NCBI GenBank assembly: GCA_905331295.1
Contig: CAJNYD010000036.1
Location: forward strand, 124,001-151,177
Length of the DNA: 27,177 bases
Origin: Rotaria socialis
Taxonomy: Eukaryota
Direction of reading: 5' to 3'
Shown: one piece after another, positions 24,389 to 27,177 of the stretch
Position numbering within the stretch: the stretch's first letter is position 1
Layout of the letters: each line of letters starts with the position of its first letter
Made by a program: the position numbers and the translations under genes
The notes under the pieces: generated by a model
Told to the model about the DNA's origin: nothing
Databases searched by the model: none
What the model saw: the letters and a program-made list of their open reading frames with translations, nothing else

Positions 24389-24842
24389 ATGCCACCATTA
24401 CTTCGTTTATTTTTGATGTATGTAATGGCTACTTTATACATCATTGCTGGTATTTTTCATTTTGTAACACCAGAATTTTATCTTGCAATTATGCCAACCT
24501 ACCTGCCGTATCATCTCGAACTCGTTTATTTATCAGGTGTTGCTGAAATTATTTGTGGTTTAATGTTATACTTGAAACGTACGCGAGTATTCGGTGCTTG
24601 GCTTACTATTGCATTACTTATTGCTATTTGTAAGTTGATTTAAGGAAAACGCTCTTGTTGATACCAATAAATGCCTTTTTGATTTTTTTAAAGATCCGGC
24701 TAATATTCAAATGGCACAGAATTATTGGTCACAGAATCATCCACAAAAGTACTTATTATTGGCTCGCCTTCCATTTCAATTTGTTTTTATATGGTGGGCA
24801 TATCAATATACGAAACCGATCGAACATTCTAAAGTATATTAA
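24389..24842 (+). CDS. DoxX/MauE-like small integral membrane protein of bacterial type (129 aa), probable horizontal acquisition
   Basis: Exons 24389-24629 and 24694-24842 with a 64-nt GTAAGT...AAAG phase-1 intron. Four hydrophobic helices with AGIFHF..PEFY..IMP.YLP, SGVAEIICG, ALLIAIYPANIQM and RLPFQFVFIWWA, the pattern of bacterial DoxX-like proteins. Confidence 0.85.
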
Positions 24843-24979
24843 AAATTAGAGCAGACATGATTTCATTGTAATTTTTATAAGCTTCTTTTACAGGACTGAT
24901 TGCATTTGATTTAAACTTCCTTTTCAAATCTATATTATACTAATATGAATGACTTATCTTTTGATTTTAGATAAAATAA

Positions 24980-25942
24980 ATGTTTTTATATTTTTTATTT
25001 GTTAATTTATGTTTATTGTCAATAAATTTTGCTGATGATCCTAGTCGATTACCGACTAAATGTGAAGGTATCTTGAAAATATCGATTAAATCCGAATTGA
25101 ATCAGTTATATAATAAGCATTTGTTTCTCTCCCTCTCGAAAAAACGACAGAAATAGAGATCTTTTTTTTTACCTCACTGTAATATATAATATCATTTTCT
25201 TGTTTTATTTAGTTTGCAAGTTACTTGCTCAAGAATTAACTGAAAATTTCCAAGCACATAATAGTCCAAGTGTTATTGAAACTAGCTATTCACTTGATAA
25301 TAAACAACCGAAAAGAACTAAATATAGTGAATCGTATGTATCCTATAGATAGTTTTGTTTTTTCTTCTTTAATTGTTCTTTCGAGTTTTTAGAGAAACAC
25401 GTTTAATTGAAACACTGGAAAATGTTTGCGACCGATTTCTTAAGTACAATGTTCATGCCGAACGTCCTGGCTCATTGCGTTATGCTCGTGGTCGATCACA
25501 AACAATGGAAACTCTATGGAATTTACGGTAAACTTGATTTTTGTTTCTTTGTTTTTGTTGATAGGTATTTTGTTTTGTAGGAACAAAGGCGTGAAAGTCG
25601 TTTTAGATGTTCCCGATACAATGTGGGATGCTCCTTCAGCCGAAATAACTCAACTAAAAAAATATGTTCGTCAAATTATCTGTATAATTTTGTTTAGTTT
25701 GATTGTTTAATGTTCATTTTTGTGTCTAGTGTGAAGAAATGGTTGAAGAACAAGAAGAAAATATTGAACAATGGTATTTTGACAAACAAGTACGAAATGA
25801 AATTCCACTCGAAAAATATCTTTGCGAAGATCGAGTATTGAAAAATCGAGATTCATCTTGTCTTCGAGAAGTATATACACCTACAAATGAAGAAACAACG
25901 AATGCAAAATCAAAAAGTGATACGGAAAAGATTGATTTGTAA
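24980..25942 (+). CDS. CNPY3/4: Protein canopy homolog 3/4 (PRAT4-type ER saposin-like chaperone), 213 aa
   Basis: Exons 24980-25067, 25213-25333, 25393-25527, 25581-25665, 25730-25942. Signal peptide, then PTKCEVCK, YSESETRLIETLENVC, RYARGRSQTMETL, KGVKVVLDVP..MWDAPSAEITQLKKYCE, YLCEDRVL...SCL. Six saposin-pattern Cys; ends KIDL. Confidence 0.93.
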
Positions 25943-26999
25943 TTGAATAGCCAGTCTTGTTTATATCTAAACTATTGTCACGCATGTGATTTATTGTTAT
26001 GTTAAAATTTACTTTATGATAGTCTTGAATAAATAAATGAATAGAATTCAAAAATTCATCGAGACGTATTCAAAATCAAAAGTAATTTTGAAATGTAAAA
26101 TGCGGAATATATTTGAATATAAAAATACCTTCGATTGGACATTTTATGATAATATAAGAAAGCACTTCAGTAAATATGCGATCTGACACTTATAGAAATA
26201 TGATTTACTCCTTGAAACCAGCTGAGAATATTTGTATAAATAGTGTACAAATTATGAAATTTTCAAGGTTATCATTTTCAAAGTGCTCTCGAAAACAAAT
26301 ATTTCAATAATTTTATATTTCATATCAATTTCAAACGTTTCTAAGTTCTTATTAATTCAATTATTCATAAACACTCTATGAAAGAAGCTCATTTCATGTC
26401 CGTAATCAAATAAACAAGCTTTCATATCGTTAGAGATATCAATGAATTTAATCGGAAACTGTTAAATACGTAACATACATCAGTGTACTTGTTCATCTCT
26501 GTTTGTGAGACGATGAAATATTATTAGTTTTGTTTCGCTGATAATAATACTTACAAATAAGTATTTTAACATGCAGGTATTCCTGAGACTAGAGCTGTAA
26601 ACCATCAGCCGATTTTTGCTAGAGCCAACGTATTTCCCAACTGACGGCTTATATCTCTACTTGAGACGACGTATAAGATATTGTTTTTCATACTCTTCAG
26701 TTCATACGACTTTCAATATCTTTTTCAAAAATTCATCAAAGTAGAATTTCTAGAGTATAGGCTCTTTTGAAAGTACCGGTTTCAAACCAATGAATAATTA
26801 TCTATTTTTTTCTCTCTGGGTTTTGGTTAAAAAATATATGCGTAATTCATTTCCGATATTAATTATCGTTACAACAAAATTTTTACTGACTAGATTACTT
26901 TATTTTATTTTTCTTCCACTCAATGCTCTGGGCTCATTTTGAGTTTAATTTTGTTCTTGATGGTCACTTCCATTTTATGACCTTCCAATTAGAGGTGTA

Positions 27000-27044
27000 A
27001 GCCGACGAGCTCAACAGCGGCGGCGGCTAAACTTAAAATTCTAG
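27000..27044 (+). mobile_element. Helitron-like 3' terminus (GC-rich hairpin, 12 nt, then CTAG|T)
   Basis: AGCCGACG (27000-27007) pairs with CGGCGGCT (27021-27028) with one mismatch. CTAG at 27041-27044 is followed by T. The 5' TC end cannot be located and no RepHel ORF is present. Confidence 0.5.
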
Positions 27045-27177
27045 TAGTTTTTCAAGAAAAAAATTCTTTCTGTTTTTTTCTTTTTTCATGTGAAGCATAA
27101 AAATTCTCTTTTTTATCTATTTGAGAACAATACCTATGATTGTGGAGAACTCCTACGGATGAAAACAATCGAAAAGT

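Noticed and set aside
1..27177. CRISPR arrays, rRNA, prokaryotic operons or autonomous transposase/RT ORFs
   Set aside because: No regularly spaced repeats, rRNA-like segments or transposase/RT motifs were seen; the window is intron-rich eukaryotic DNA.

Overview
AT-rich, gene-dense eukaryotic genomic DNA with many short (about 47-120 nt) GT-AG introns. It is most like a bdelloid rotifer (inferred from composition, intron size and a bacterial-type gene carrying an intron; not proven). Manual splicing gives seven gene models. (1) The 3' ~2500 codons of mTOR (+, <1-9014). (2) An LC8-type dynein light chain with a ~170-aa disordered N-terminus (-, 9440-10219). (3) An alpha3-clade importin alpha (+, 14016-16971). 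(4) A 143-aa single-pass membrane protein (-, 18202-18694). (5) A ~590-aa protein that the ORF track only fragments, with three intron-split C-x4-C-x11-C-x2-H zinc-finger-like repeats, an NLS and tandem BRCT domains (+, 18729-22685). (6) A bacterial-type DoxX-like membrane protein with a spliceosomal intron, a probable horizontal transfer (+, 24389-24842). (7) A canopy CNPY3/4 homolog starting only 137 bp downstream (+, 24980-25942). There is also a cryptic spliced gene or pseudogene (-, 12219-12928), a Helitron-like 3' terminus (~27000-27044), nested inverted repeats in an importin intron, and microsatellites. All family assignments come from motifs recognised by eye; no searches were run.
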